Below are positions 19,662 through 31,300 of a stretch of DNA of 64,000 bases, piece by piece (position 1 is the stretch's first letter; every line of letters begins with the position of its first letter). The position numbers and the translations under genes are program-made. The notes below the pieces were generated by a model. That model saw only the letters and a program-made list of their open reading frames with translations. It searched no databases and was not told the DNA's origin. The stretch is from Rebecca billardiae RCC1528 (lineage: Eukaryota; Protista; Haptophyta): contig OZ251233.1 in the NCBI GenBank assembly GCA_965240325.2, positions 558,001-622,000 on the forward strand, written 5' to 3'.

Positions 19662-20702
19662 GGCCTCATAGCTGTTTTCGACCCAAAACCATCAAACGTC
19701 GCGCGGGAAACTCGTACTCCAGCATACAAGAAGGACTGAAATACTCACTTGTTTCACCCCGGGGGTATCTGATCCCACGTCCGTCCATAGTAGATACACG
19801 AATTGGAGCGGGCGCGGCCTTTTAAGCTGTGATGAACAGCAATACCCCCCCTCATAACTCAGCGCCGCCCCCGCTGGCAATGGGAGGTGGCAGGCAGTGC
19901 GAACGTAGTAGTAATAACCCACGAATGCATATGCGTCCGACTCATCCCCCCCCCACCCCCTCGCGCTCGAGGGGCCAACTGGCCAGCCCAGTGGTCTCCA
20001 GGGCGCGGAGGGCCGTAGGACGGGGCAGGGGGGCGACTGGCCGCCGCCACCGTCCCAGCAACCCCCTCCCGCTGAACCCCAGACCATCGAGCCTGAGCCT
20101 AGTGCCCCGCCATGCACCACCTGCCAGCCGAAACCGACAGGGTGGGAGGGCAGGGTGCACAACCGCGACGCCGGCGGCCGCACCGAAGGTAGGGGGAGAG
20201 CTTCAGCTTGAAGGCAGCTTGATGCACCCGTGCGCACGGGCCGGCCGGCGCGGCCGACTGCCAACGTCGGGTCGGTAGCCCGTCACGCGGTCGCTCGTCG
20301 AGCCTGCACGGGCGTGACCCGCATTGCTCACTCGCGCTCTGTCCCGCGCCCGTGCCGATTCGCAGTAGTATACATAATTTGCGAAGCGGCATCAATCGCG
20401 CTGCCGAGGGCTGGAGGCTCTGAACCGGACTCACTCCACTGGGGCCCCCGGTGCTGGAGGCCACCCTGGCGAAACGGGCCGGGGATGCCGAGTGAGAGGT
20501 CCTACGGGGTCTGGCGCTGAATTATACTCTCATAACCGATGATGCAGTTATAAAACGTACAAAAAATCGAAAACTCACCCTCCAACAGCCCTCAAAATCG
20601 TCACCCCCATCCCCTTTTCTTTGATCAAAAGATCTTTTTGACAACGTAGTGAGGGCCCCCGGCGGGGCTCCACGCTACGCGCTCCGCCCTGCTTCGCGGG
20701 CC
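19662..20702 (-). mobile_element. Diverged inverted relative of the 12521 MITE, interrupted by a solo retroelement unit
   Basis: The reverse complement of 20560-20702 aligns with 12521-12660 (GGCCCGCG..GCAGGGCGGAGCGCG.AGCGTGGAGCCC...CAAAAAGATCTTT.GATCAA) and is flanked by AT. The alignment resumes left of 19854 (CATCACAGCTTAAAAGGCCGCGCCC vs CATCACGGCCGAAAAAGGTCGCGCCC at ~12680). The left boundary is approximate. Confidence 0.65.
19854..20559 (-). mobile_element. Solo terminal (A-B) unit of a second Ngaro/DIRS-like family
   Basis: On the plus strand it starts ATAAC and ends TTATAC..ATAACCGA..GTTATAAAACGTA, like 42749 and 46710. The internal block GCCATGC.CCAC...GGGTGGGAGGGCAGGGTGC...GCGACGCC..CGCACC (20109-20185) matches 43038-43110. 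It splits the MITE copy cleanly. Confidence 0.7.
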
Positions 20703-21002
20703 ATAACTACTAGACTAACTAGCAGTGGCTGATCAAGCTAGCTGTAGTAGCAGACGACTCTATCTACAGGCTCCGGCGGAGTCGGTAGGACCGCGGGCAC
20801 TAGCCGGTACGCCCAGTGCGGGCGGTAATTCCGGTGCGACTGCGCGATATGGATTCGCGCGATCTGATGGTATAGTGTGGGCTCTGTCAGGCAGTGCTAG
20901 CTGTAGCACGAGCGATGTTCGTTTACACTGTTACCAGCGCGGTCGCGTGCACCGGACTGGCCGAGCAGTGTTCGGAACCCGACGGAACCAGACGACTGGC
21001 GT

Positions 21003-21923
21003 CTATTCAGTTGTGGCCGTACAGCTCGATGCTGCGCCCACCTTGAGCTTGAAGTCGCCATCATAGATCTTCACCTTCACGTAATAGTCCTTCCCAGGCT
21101 GAACAAACCAGTCGTGCGTGCAAGCGCTCCGTACTGAGACCATCCAGTCGAAGTCGGGATCGTCCTTGCACTCGGGGACGCCCCAGATGTACCCAGAGTC
21201 TGAGGCCCGCTCGCAGAAGTCGACGATGACTGTAGTCGGAGCAGTCACGCGGAACGAGTAGAAGGAGTAGTGTCCATCGGGTGCTGTGCCGCGGGTGGCA
21301 ACCGGGTCCAGGCCACAGCCAGTCACACCGAGGTAGGTTGCCTGCAAGCCATCCATGGTGCACCTGGGGCCCGGCGAGGGTGGCGCCGCAACCGGGGCGG
21401 GCGAGGGCGCGGGGCTTGGCGGCGGCGGATTCACGCATGCGGGGGTCAGCGAAAGCTTGAAGTCGCCCGAGCGACTATTGTAGTAGTCCTTGACCTTGAT
21501 GTAGTAGTCCTGCCCAGGTGACACCGCCCACTCCCGCGAGCAGTCGAGCGATGACCAAAAGGAGGATGGGCTGTCCGAACACTCGTTCGTCCCCACCATG
21601 AAAGGCTTGAAGCCGCGGGCGTCGCAAACGTCGAGGGTGACCTTGGTGGGCGTATCCACGCGGAAAGTGTACAACACGGCGCGACTCCCGTTCTTGATCT
21701 CTCCGCTCGCCATGAGCAGCGCGTCCTTGCCACAGCCAGTCGTGCCGAGGTCGACAGCGGTGTAGCTCGCTTCGTTCCATGCGTCATAGACGACGCATGG
21801 CGCGGATGAGGCTGGGCTCTCTGCCTCGGAATGAGCGGGCACGTCTGCCGCGAGGAAGAGAAGCGCGCCTCCAGTAGCGAACAGCAGGACACCCGAGACG
21901 CCGAGCACCCGCGAGAGCATCAT
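21003..21923 (-). CDS. Secreted or signal-anchored protein with two tandem Cys-containing PPC-like beta-sandwich domains and a Pro linker
   Basis: Intronless 306-aa ORF with a hydrophobic N-terminus. Two internal homologous domains (LG.TGCG...Y.FRV..PT.V..D.C...EC...W.V.PG.DYY.KVK...GDFKL) are separated by PPPPSPAPSPAPVAAPPSP. Confidence 0.85.
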   Translation of the reverse strand: MMLSRVLGVSGVLLFATGGALLFLAADVPAHSEAESPASSAPCVVYDAWNEASYTAVDLGTTGCGKDALLMASGEIKNGSRAVLYTFRVDTPTKVTLDVCDARGFKPFMVGTNECSDSPSSFWSSLDCSREWAVSPGQDYYIKVKDYYNSRSGDFKLSLTPACVNPPPPSPAPSPAPVAAPPSPGPRCTMDGLQATYLGVTGCGLDPVATRGTAPDGHYSFYSFRVTAPTTVIVDFCERASDSGYIWGVPECKDDPDFDWMVSVRSACTHDWFVQPGKDYYVKVKIYDGDFKLKVGAASSCTATTE

Positions 21924-22309
21924 CAGCAGCAGCGATCGCCTCTCGACGCTCGCTAGTCGCTTGCGAGGCTGGTGCGACTTTCCAAGATCATACTGGCGCC
22001 GGACTGCCGCCGGTTTCCGCCCGGTTTATTGATGATGTATCATAGGATACTGGGATCTACCCGCGTGCGCTATTCATTCGTAGTCATACATGGCTATAGC
22101 TTATAATCATCCATATATATGTATATTGGATGAACCGAGAGCTCATATTTGTACCAGTACCAACGCGGTAACGACATTGGAGTACAGCAGTTTACCGCTA
22201 TGTTTTGACGTGCAGTACTACTATGATAGCAGTACGGTATAGTGACTATTCGAAACGAACGCACGGGCCGCCTTCCCCGCGGTCGTCGTCCTCCGTCCAC
22301 AGACGTGAC

Positions 22310-25300
22310 TTAGCCGCGGAAGAGGAAGCGCACCGCCTCGAGTGCGCGCGCGGTGGTCGCCCTGAGCGCGGGCATGAGCGCGCGCGGCGCCACGGCGAGC
22401 TGCTGGCTGATCGTCGCGGCGAGCGCGTGGCTGCCGCTCGCGCCGCGCCGGCTGAGCTCGGGCATCAGCTGCGCGCACGCGCCGAGCAGCCCCTCCTGCA
22501 GCAGCAGCGAGCTGAGCAGCGAGAAGCCCCACGAGGAGACCATGCCGCGCGTCGCAGCCTCGCCCAGCACGCGGCCGTACACGATGCTCAGCGCGCACAG
22601 CCCGGCGAAGATGCCCAGCATGGCCGCCCACGCGAGGAGCGGGCGGAGGCGCCGTGCGCGCGGCGGCTGCCGCGCCGCGCGCGCGTGCGCGGCCTTGGCG
22701 CGCGCGTACCACGCGCACAGCTCGAACGCGCCCACCTCCATCTCGTCGGCGGCGCGCACGCTCCGCCCGGCGATCGCGCGCAGCAGCCGGCGCAGCTCGG
22801 GCGCGGTCATCGGGTCGCCCAGCTCGGCGACGAGCATGCGCAGCGCGCCGAGGCCGAGGCGGCGCCGCTCGGTCGAGTCGAAGAGGCGGACGAGCGTGTG
22901 CAGCGCCTGCGTCTCGGCAGTCGTCATCTCGACCGAGCTGCGCCGCCGGTTGGCGATGGCGGAGGCGACGGAGCGAGAGGGCAGGCGCAGCGGCGCCCGG
23001 CGCGCGCCGTCGCCCTGCGCGCTGGGCAGCGCGATCGGCCACGACTCGCCGTCGGCGCGGGGCGCGCCGGCCGGCGGGGCGGCCGAGCAAGCCGCCACGG
23101 CGCGCAGCACGGCTTGCGCGGCCCAGCCGGCCGGCGGCTCGGCCGCACCCGGCCGCTGCTCGCGCGCGGACGGCGGCGCCGGGGCGCCAGCTGCGGGCGG
23201 CGCCGCCTCTGCCGGCACGGCCGCCGCAGCGGGCGCCGCCGTGCCGCCTCCGCGCGCGCCGACGTCGGCGGCGGCCGGCGGCGACTCGGCCGCGGGCGAG
23301 GCGTCGGCGGATGGCGCCGACCTCGCCGACGCCGCGCCCGATCTCGCGCCCGATCTCGATCTCGGCTCCGATCTCGCGCTGCACGCGCCGGGGGTGTCGA
23401 GCCGCCACTCGTCCGCCGTCATCCGGCTGCCGAATAGGATGGGCGCGGCGATGGCGCGCGGCGTGCGCTTCGGCGGCGAGTCCGCCGCGGCCGGCGGCGC
23501 GGCGCTCGCCGCCAGCGCCTCGGCGCGCCGCTGCGTGAATGCCGCCAGCTCGTACGCGCTCGGCGGCGTCCGAGGCTCTGGGGGCAGGGCGGCGGAGGCG
23601 GACGCGGTGCCGCCAGCCCACGGCAGGAGCATCGGCTGCGCCGTCGGCGCGGCGGCGGGCGCGGCGGCGGGCGCGGCGCGAAGCGTCGGGGTGGCGCCCG
23701 CCATGCCCTGCGCGGCGGCCGCCGGCGCGTCCGCAGCCGCCGAAGCCGCCGCGGGCGCCGCGCTCACGGCCGCAGCGGGCGCGGTCAAAGCTGCCGTGGC
23801 GCGCGCCGCGGCGACCTCGGCCTCAGCCGTGGCGGCCGCGGGCGCGGGCGCCGCCGGCTGCGCGCTCGATGCCGCCGCCGCCTCGGCGGCGTCCACCGCG
23901 CCGCCGCAGCTCAGCCGCGGCGCAGTCGAGGGCCGCATTTGCTGCCTCGCCGCCGCCGCCACCGCTCGCTCGGCCTCGGCCGCTGCGATGTCCTCCGCAT
24001 CCGCCGCGGCCGGGTCGGTCCGCTGCGGCGGGGCGGCAGCCGGGCCGCTGGCCGAACCGCCCGCGTCTGACCACGCGGTGCGCGCCGCGGCGGCACCGCT
24101 GGCGCCCTTGCCTCCAGCCGGTGCGCAGCAGCTGACGCTGTTGAGCGCGATGCCGCTTGACGGCGGCAGCGGGCGTCTCGTCGAGCCCGCGCGCTCGAGG
24201 CCCGGCCGAGCGCCCGGCGTCGGCGCGGCCGCGCCCGGCGGCGGCACCACCGCCGACGCCGCCGCGCCCGCCGCTGGCGGCGGCGGGCGCATGCGGCTCG
24301 ATCGCCGCGCGGGCGCAGGCGCGGGCGCCGACGCTGACGCCGGTGCCCCCGCGCCGCCGGCCGGCGCGCGCGGCGGCGGCGGCGGGAGCCGCACGGAGCG
24401 GCGCGGCGGCGGCGGCGGCGAGGGCGGCGGGCTCGCGGGCGGCTGAGTTGACAGCGGCGGCACCGCGCTGAGCGAGGCGGGCGTGGGCGTGCTGCTGTCC
24501 TCGCTCAGCCTGTACCCGCGGCTCGCGCAACCCGGCGGCGAGGCCGTCGGTGTGCTCGGTGCGCTGTTGTCACTCGAGTGCAGCTGCGCGGCGGCGCGTG
24601 GGGCAAACTTGGCGCGCGCCGAGGGCGGCAGCGCGGTCGCGCTGCGCGGGCGCGCGCCGCCGCGCCCAGAGAGCAGCGGTCGCGCGCCCGCGCCTGTGCA
24701 CGCAGCGGCAGCACTGCCGGTCTCCTCCTCCTCCTCCTCGGCGTCGGAGCGCGCGCGCTCAACCGCCGCCGCAGCAATCCGCTCCGACAGCGCGCCGCCG
24801 CCGCCGCCGGCCCCCGGCTGCAGGGGCGCGACGATGCCGCCGCCGCTGAGTGTCACGCCAGCCGAGCCCGGGCGGCGCGTGCCGCCGCCGCGCGCGCAGC
24901 CGAGCGCAGAGGAGGGCCGCGCGTCCGCGGCCATCGCGCGCGTCGGTGCCACTCGGTCGGCGGCGCGCGCGCCGTCGACCGTCGGCGGCGCCGGCCGCGC
25001 GTGCGCCGACGCGGGCCGGCGCTGCTGCGGCTGCTGCGGCTGCTGCGGCTGCTGCGGCTGCGGCTGCTGCGCCGAGGCCGCCGGCGCGGCGCGGCCGGGC
25101 GCCGCGCGCACCGGTGTGACGCGGTCGGCGCTGCCCGCGCCGTCGGTAGGCGTCGGCAGAGCTCCCTGCGCGGGCGCGGGCGCGCTCAGCCCGCCGCACA
25201 GTGCGAGCGGGGGCACGCTCGCGCGCTGTGTCGCGCTGAGCTGCGCGGCGAAGCGTGCCGCGCGGTCGCGGCCGCTGTCGTCGTCGTCGTCGTCGCCTCC

Positions 25301-28300
25301 GCCGCCGCCGCGCTCGTCGTCGTCGTCGTCGTCGTCGGTGGCGGCGAGCTTGGCGTCGGCGCGCACGGCGGGTGCGTGCGCGCGCGCGCGCGGCTGGTGC
25401 ATGGACGACTCGACGATTGCGGAGAGCCGCGCGGTGCGCGAGCCCGCCACCGCGCGCCGCTGCCCCTCGAGGGTGGCGCTCAGCGCGCGGAACAGGCGCG
25501 CGGCCGGGCTGTCGTCGACGCCGCCCGCGCGCCCAAACGCCCACAGCGCGCGGCACGCGGCGAGGGCGGGCAGCGCGACCGCCGCGGCGACGCACGCGTA
25601 GAGCACCATCGTGAGCGCGCGCGTCTCGCCGCCGCCGCCGCCGCCGCCGCCCGCTTCGTCATACAGCATACACTCGAGCAGCAGCTGCACCGCCGCGAGG
25701 TTGCACAGCGTCTGCGCAAGCTCGGCCTTGCGCACGCCGCGCGCCGCCGGGCCGAAGAGCAGCACGAGGAGCGAGTGCTCGTCGGCCAGCCGGTACGCCA
25801 GCAGCAGCACGCGCGCGCGCACCGAGCCCGGCGCGGGCGGCAGCTGCGGCTTCTGCGCCGCGGCTGACCACACAGAGTCGCGCGGCGCGGCGGCGGCGGC
25901 GGCGGCGCGGTTGGCGCCGGCGGTGGCGACGAGCTGTGTGGCGCGCTTGGGCATCGATGGCAGCAGCGTCGAGCGGCGGCGTGGCGCGGCGGCGGGCTCG
26001 GCGGGCGCGATGGGCGTGACGGGCGCGCGGCGCGGCGGCGGCGAGGGCAGCGAGGGCGGCGTGCGCGCCGCGGCGGCGGGCGGCAGCGCGAGCGGCGTGG
26101 GCGGCTGAGCGCCGCCGCTGCCGCCGCTGCTCCGGCTCGGCGGACACGACGCCTGCTGCGCCTCCGCCGTCTCGCGCTCGCGGCGGCGCGTGCGCACGCG
26201 CTCGACGGTGGACGGCGCGTCGCGCAGCTCCGCCGCGACGAGCGGCGGCGAGCTGGACGCCTCGCTGCCGTCCTCGCTCGTGGGCTGCCGGGCGCTCAGC
26301 CCGAGCCGCTGGGAGAAGGAAGAAGTGCTGCCGCGGCCGCACCCGCCGCACGGGCCGCACCCGCAGGCCTGCGCCACGCAGCTGCCCAGCCTGGCTCTGG
26401 GCGGTGCGGCGGCGGCGGAGCCGGCCGGCTCGGTGCAGCCAGCCCCGCCACTCCCGCCACTCGCGCCCCCGCCGCCGGGCGCCACGCTGGCCATGCCGCT
26501 CGTCTTGAGCTCCGAGGCGTGCCACCGGCCGTACGACGACGCGCCCCGCCGGTCTGCGAGGAGCGCGGCGCCGAGGGCGAGGGCGTTGGCGCCCGCGAGG
26601 AGGTACACGAGCCGGTAGATCGTGGGGTTCTCGCGCTGCCCCTGCGCGGGCTCGGAGAGCACCTGGATCGCGTCCGCGCCGGAGAAGGTGTTGATGCGCA
26701 CCGCCTCCGCGTCCGCGCGCGCCTGTGCGGCGCTCATCGGCAGCCCGAGCCCTGCGAATGTGGTCAGGTGGTCGCACGCGCAGTAGAGGAGGGATGGGTC
26801 TCGGCCGGCGGGGGCGCCGACGGCCGCGCAGCCCTCGGAGGACCACTCGGCCGCGCCCTCGTCCCAGAAGCGGCACGCCCTCACGAGCGCGCCGCCGCCG
26901 CCATCGCCGTCGCCCGCGCCGCCGCCCGCGGCCGCCGACGTCGCGGCCGCACCCGTCGTCGTCTGCGCCAGCAGCGGCGGCAGCGCCAGCAGGACCGGCT
27001 CGGGCAGGGCGCGCACGGCGAGGGCGGAGGGCGCGCCCGCGGCGTACAGCGTCGCCGACATGATCGCCGTGACAAACGGCGTGCCGCCCGCACCCTCGGC
27101 CCAGCCCACACCGAGCTCGGCGGACGCGGCGGACGCGCCGCCGCCGCCGCCGCTCGCATTGGCTCCGCCGCGCAGCGCCCACGCCTGCTCGAGTGTGCGC
27201 ACCGAGATGGCGCTCAGAACGACGTCGACCGCGCCGTCCGAGCCGAGCGCGCCCGCGTGCTGCTGGGCCAGCAGCGTCGACGCGGGCACGCGCACGCCGC
27301 CGGACGTCCCCAGCTCGACCCAGCCCGCCGTCGACGCCGCGGCGCCGCCCGGCGACGCGGCATCGGCGCTCGGCGCGAGCGTGCCCGCGGCCACGCGCGC
27401 CGCCGCCACGCCGACGGCGATGCCGCTGAGGCGGATGGGCGGCTCGCCGGCGACGGCGCCGGCGAGCAGCGCGCGCGTGAGCGACGACGCGAGCCGCAGC
27501 GCCGAGAGCCCAAGCGCCGCCGCCTCCGCACGCGCCGCGGCCCCGTCACCGCCGCCCGCCGCGACCGCCGCCGCCGCCGTCGTTGCGTTGGCGAGCAGCG
27601 CTCGGTCGGCGACGGCGATCAGGGCGGCGGCGGTGGCGTCGTCGACGCCGTCGCCGCTCTCGAGCGCGGCGTCGGCGAGGCCGGCGGCCTGCGCGAGCGC
27701 GCTCGCCTGCGCCGACGCGTCGTCGTCCAGCAGACGCCCACCCGCCGCGCGCGTCACCGCCTCGAGCGCGGCGGCGTGCTGCGCGCGCGCCGCGCGCCCG
27801 GCGCCGCCGAGCGCGCCCGCCTCGGCCGCGATCGCGAGGAGTGAGGCAGCGGGCGGCGTGGCGGCGGCGTCGAGCGTGGCGACGGTGGCGACGAGCCCGA
27901 GCGCGCGCGACCCGTCCGCCCGCTCCACCGCCCCCCACGCGCGCTCGATCAGCGCGCCGAGCGCCACGCCGTCCAGCGCCTCGCGCGGCGGCGGCACCAC
28001 CTCCACAGCGGCGGCCGCGCGCGCCTCGGCGCCGCGCGCGTCGGCCACGCTGACGAGCAGCCGCAGCGAGCCCGCGGGGAGGACGACGTCGCGGAGCACG
28101 GGCACGCCCGCGGCGGCGGCGCCGAGCGGCGTGCCCTCGCCGCCGCCCGCGCCCTCCGCGCCCGCGGCCGCGTGCGCAAAGGCGTACGACAGCGGCAGCG
28201 CTTCGGCCTCCTCCGCCGCCCAGCCGCGCGCGCTCAGCGTGAGCGGCGCGCCGAGCGGCACGCGGCCGCCCGCCGCCGAGGCGCCGTCGGCGGTGTGCAC

Positions 28301-31300
28301 GCCGAGGGAGCCGCCGAACGGCGGGCGGTTGACGCGCACGCGCACCGACGCGAGCCCCGCGCCGCGCGCCGCGTCGCCCACGTCCGTCACGCGCAGCTCG
28401 AACACGTACTCGGCGCCGGGCGCGAGCGCGCCGCTTCTGAACGCGAGCGCGGGCGCGGCGTCTCCGGTGGTCGTGGTGGCCGCCGTGTCGCTCAGGTTGA
28501 GCGGCGCGGGCGAGAGCGCGCCGCGCGCGCCGACGAGGGAGGCGCGCCACGCGTACGCGTACGCGCGCGTGTCCGCGCCGCGCGCCTGCAGCGCCAGCCG
28601 CTCCGACGGCCGCCGCCACGTCGGGTTGACCGCCGCGCCGCGAGGCAGCGGCGCCAACTCGACCGAAGGCGGCGCGCCGCCGCCGCCGCCGCCGCCGGCC
28701 GCGGGCGGCGGCAGGATCTCGAGCGCCATCGTCGCCTCGTCGGCGGGCGCGGGGTACGCGGCGCCGCGCGGCGCGACGCGCACGCGCACCGCGTAGCTCG
28801 CGCCCGCGCCCAGCGCGCCCGCCGGAATCGTCAGCACGCCGGCGGCGGACGCGCTCGCGGACGGCGGCAGCGGCAGCGCGCCGCCGCCGCCGTCCGCGCC
28901 GAGCGCGAGGCTCCAGCCAAAGTCGAGCGCGGGCGCGGCGCCGGCGGGCTCGTTCGGGTCGGTGCTCGCCGAGGCGTCGACCACCACCGCCTCCGCCGCG
29001 CCGAACCGCCGCGCCGACGCGCCGAGCACGGCGCGCGGCGGCACGCGCCGCACGCGCACGGTCGCGCGAGCGCTCGTCGCCGCCGCGGGCTCGGCGGCCA
29101 TGCTGGCGACCACCTCGATCTCGTACTCGTGCGCGGCGCGGAGCGCGTGCGCGGGCAGGCGGAGCTGCGCGCCCGACGCGTGGGGCGCGAGCTCGGGCAG
29201 TGGCGCGGCCGGCGCCGCGCGCGCCGCCGCGTCGAGCGCCGTCGCGCGCAGCACGCGCCAGCGCACGCTCACGCGGACGCCTCGGTCCGCGCCCCAGCAC
29301 GGCGCGAGCGCGCCCACGCGCGCGCCCAGCTCGAGCGCCGAGTCCGGGCGGACGGGCTCGGTGGGCACGGACTCGAGGCGGAGCCCGGGGCCCGGCGCGC
29401 GCGCGCGGCGCACCTCCGCCCACGCCAGCTCCGACTGCACGCCGAGGAACGACGTCAGCCGCAGCGCCACCACGAAGCCTCGGACGGACGTCGCGGCCGG
29501 CAGCCCGTCCACGCGCGCGGCCGAGGCGGTGGGCGGCAGCGCGCGCAGCGAAGCGTCGAGCTGCGCCGCGCCCGCGCCGGAGGCGGTGACGTCGAGCCCC
29601 CACGCGTACGTGGCGGGGCCCACGCCGCCCGTGCTCGACGCGCCGCCGTCGAGCGCCAGGCTCTCGTTCGCGCACGCCGAGATCGTGTCGGGCGCGCGCA
29701 GCACCGCCACGGGCGTCGGGCACGGCGCGGCGCCGCACGGCGCGTCCGCGTCGACGACGACGGCGGCGGCCTCGTTGGCGAGCTCGGCGGGGCAGCCGCC
29801 GGACGCGGCGCACGCGGCGGGGCGCACCGCGCCCGCGCGCACGCCCACGCGCATCCCGGGCGCCGCGCGCGTGCTCGCGCTCAGCCGCACGACGAGGGTC
29901 GAGTCGTCGCGCCAGTGGCACTGCGGCTGCAAGCCAACGGCGGCGGGATCGGCGGCGGCGGGCGCGCCGGCGGCGGCGTCGGTGGGGGCGTCGGTGAGCG
30001 CCTCGAGCGTCTCGTCGTCGAGCACGGCGGCGCACGGCCCGAGCGCGCCGCCCATCCCCGCGCGGTCGGTCGGCTGCGCGTCGAAGCGCAGCAGCAGCGC
30101 CGCGCCGCTGGCCGCGTCGAAGTGCGCGCTCTCGAGGTCGGGCGCGTGCGCCGCCTCGTCAAACTCAAAGTACACGGCGCCCGGCCCGTCCGGCTGGGGC
30201 GGGCTCCACTGCTGCCCGTTGAGCGAGACGAAGAGCTGCGCGCGCCGCGCGCCGCCCGAGCCGTCGGCGCTCGCCACGGCGTGCGCCGCGCGCTGCAGCA
30301 CCACGCCCGCGCCCGGCGCAGCCGCGAGCGGCGGCTCGGCGCGCGCTCCGCCAAACGCGAGCCGCACGCGCGCGCCGCCGAGCAGAGGCCCGGCGCCGTC
30401 GACGACGACGAGCGTGGTGACGCGCGCCGCGCCGCTCGAGGGCGTGACCGAGCGCACGCGCAGCGCCGAGTCGTCGTAGTACGCGAAGCGCGCGGCCGAG
30501 TCCGTGCGCGCCGAGATCGCATCTCCCGATGCCGAGATTGCATCTCCCCACCGGCCGAGCTCGAGCGCGTAAGCGGCCGCGCCGCCGGCCGTGGGCGGCG
30601 TCACGCAGCGCGCGCGGCTCGTGCCGTTGAGCGGGCGGAGCAGCGTGGCGTTCGAGACGCACGCGTCGCCGTGCGCGCTGCCCGGCAGCACGCAGCACAG
30701 CCCGCCGCCGCCCGCCGCCGCGCCGCCGCCGCCGAAGCCGCCGCCGCCCGCCGCCAGCTCAAAGCCGCGGCCGCTGAGCGTCACCACCGTGCCGCCGCGC
30801 GTGGGGCCGGCGTCGGGCTCGAGGGCGGAGACGGCGACGTCCTGCGCAAAGTCGAAGAGGCGCAGCGCGGGCGGGCCGAAGAGCGACGGCACCGCGCGCC
30901 CGCCGCCGTCCAGCCACAGCGCAAGCCGGAACTGCCCAGCGCCCACGCCGCCCGCGCGCGCCGCGCGCGCGAGCGCGCGCGGCAGCGCGCAGCTCGCCGC
31001 CTCGTCCGACTGCACGGTGGCGTTGAGGGTGGCGAGCGGCGGCGCGCTGCCGCTCGCGATCTGCGCGTCGGTCGGCGTGCCCGCGTGCAGCGTGCAGAAC
31101 GCGCCGCCCTCCGCGCCGCCCTCCGACGCGAAGAAGCCGCGCCCGCTCAGCGTGAGTGCGCTGCTGGCAGCGTCGCGCCGCGCCGCGCCGCCCGCTGCCA
31201 GCCGGCGGCCGGCGGCGGCAGAGTCGTCGTCCGAGCCGTCGTCGAGGGGCACGGAGGAGGGCGAGACGGCGAGGACGAGCGCGCGCACGAGCGGCGGCGG

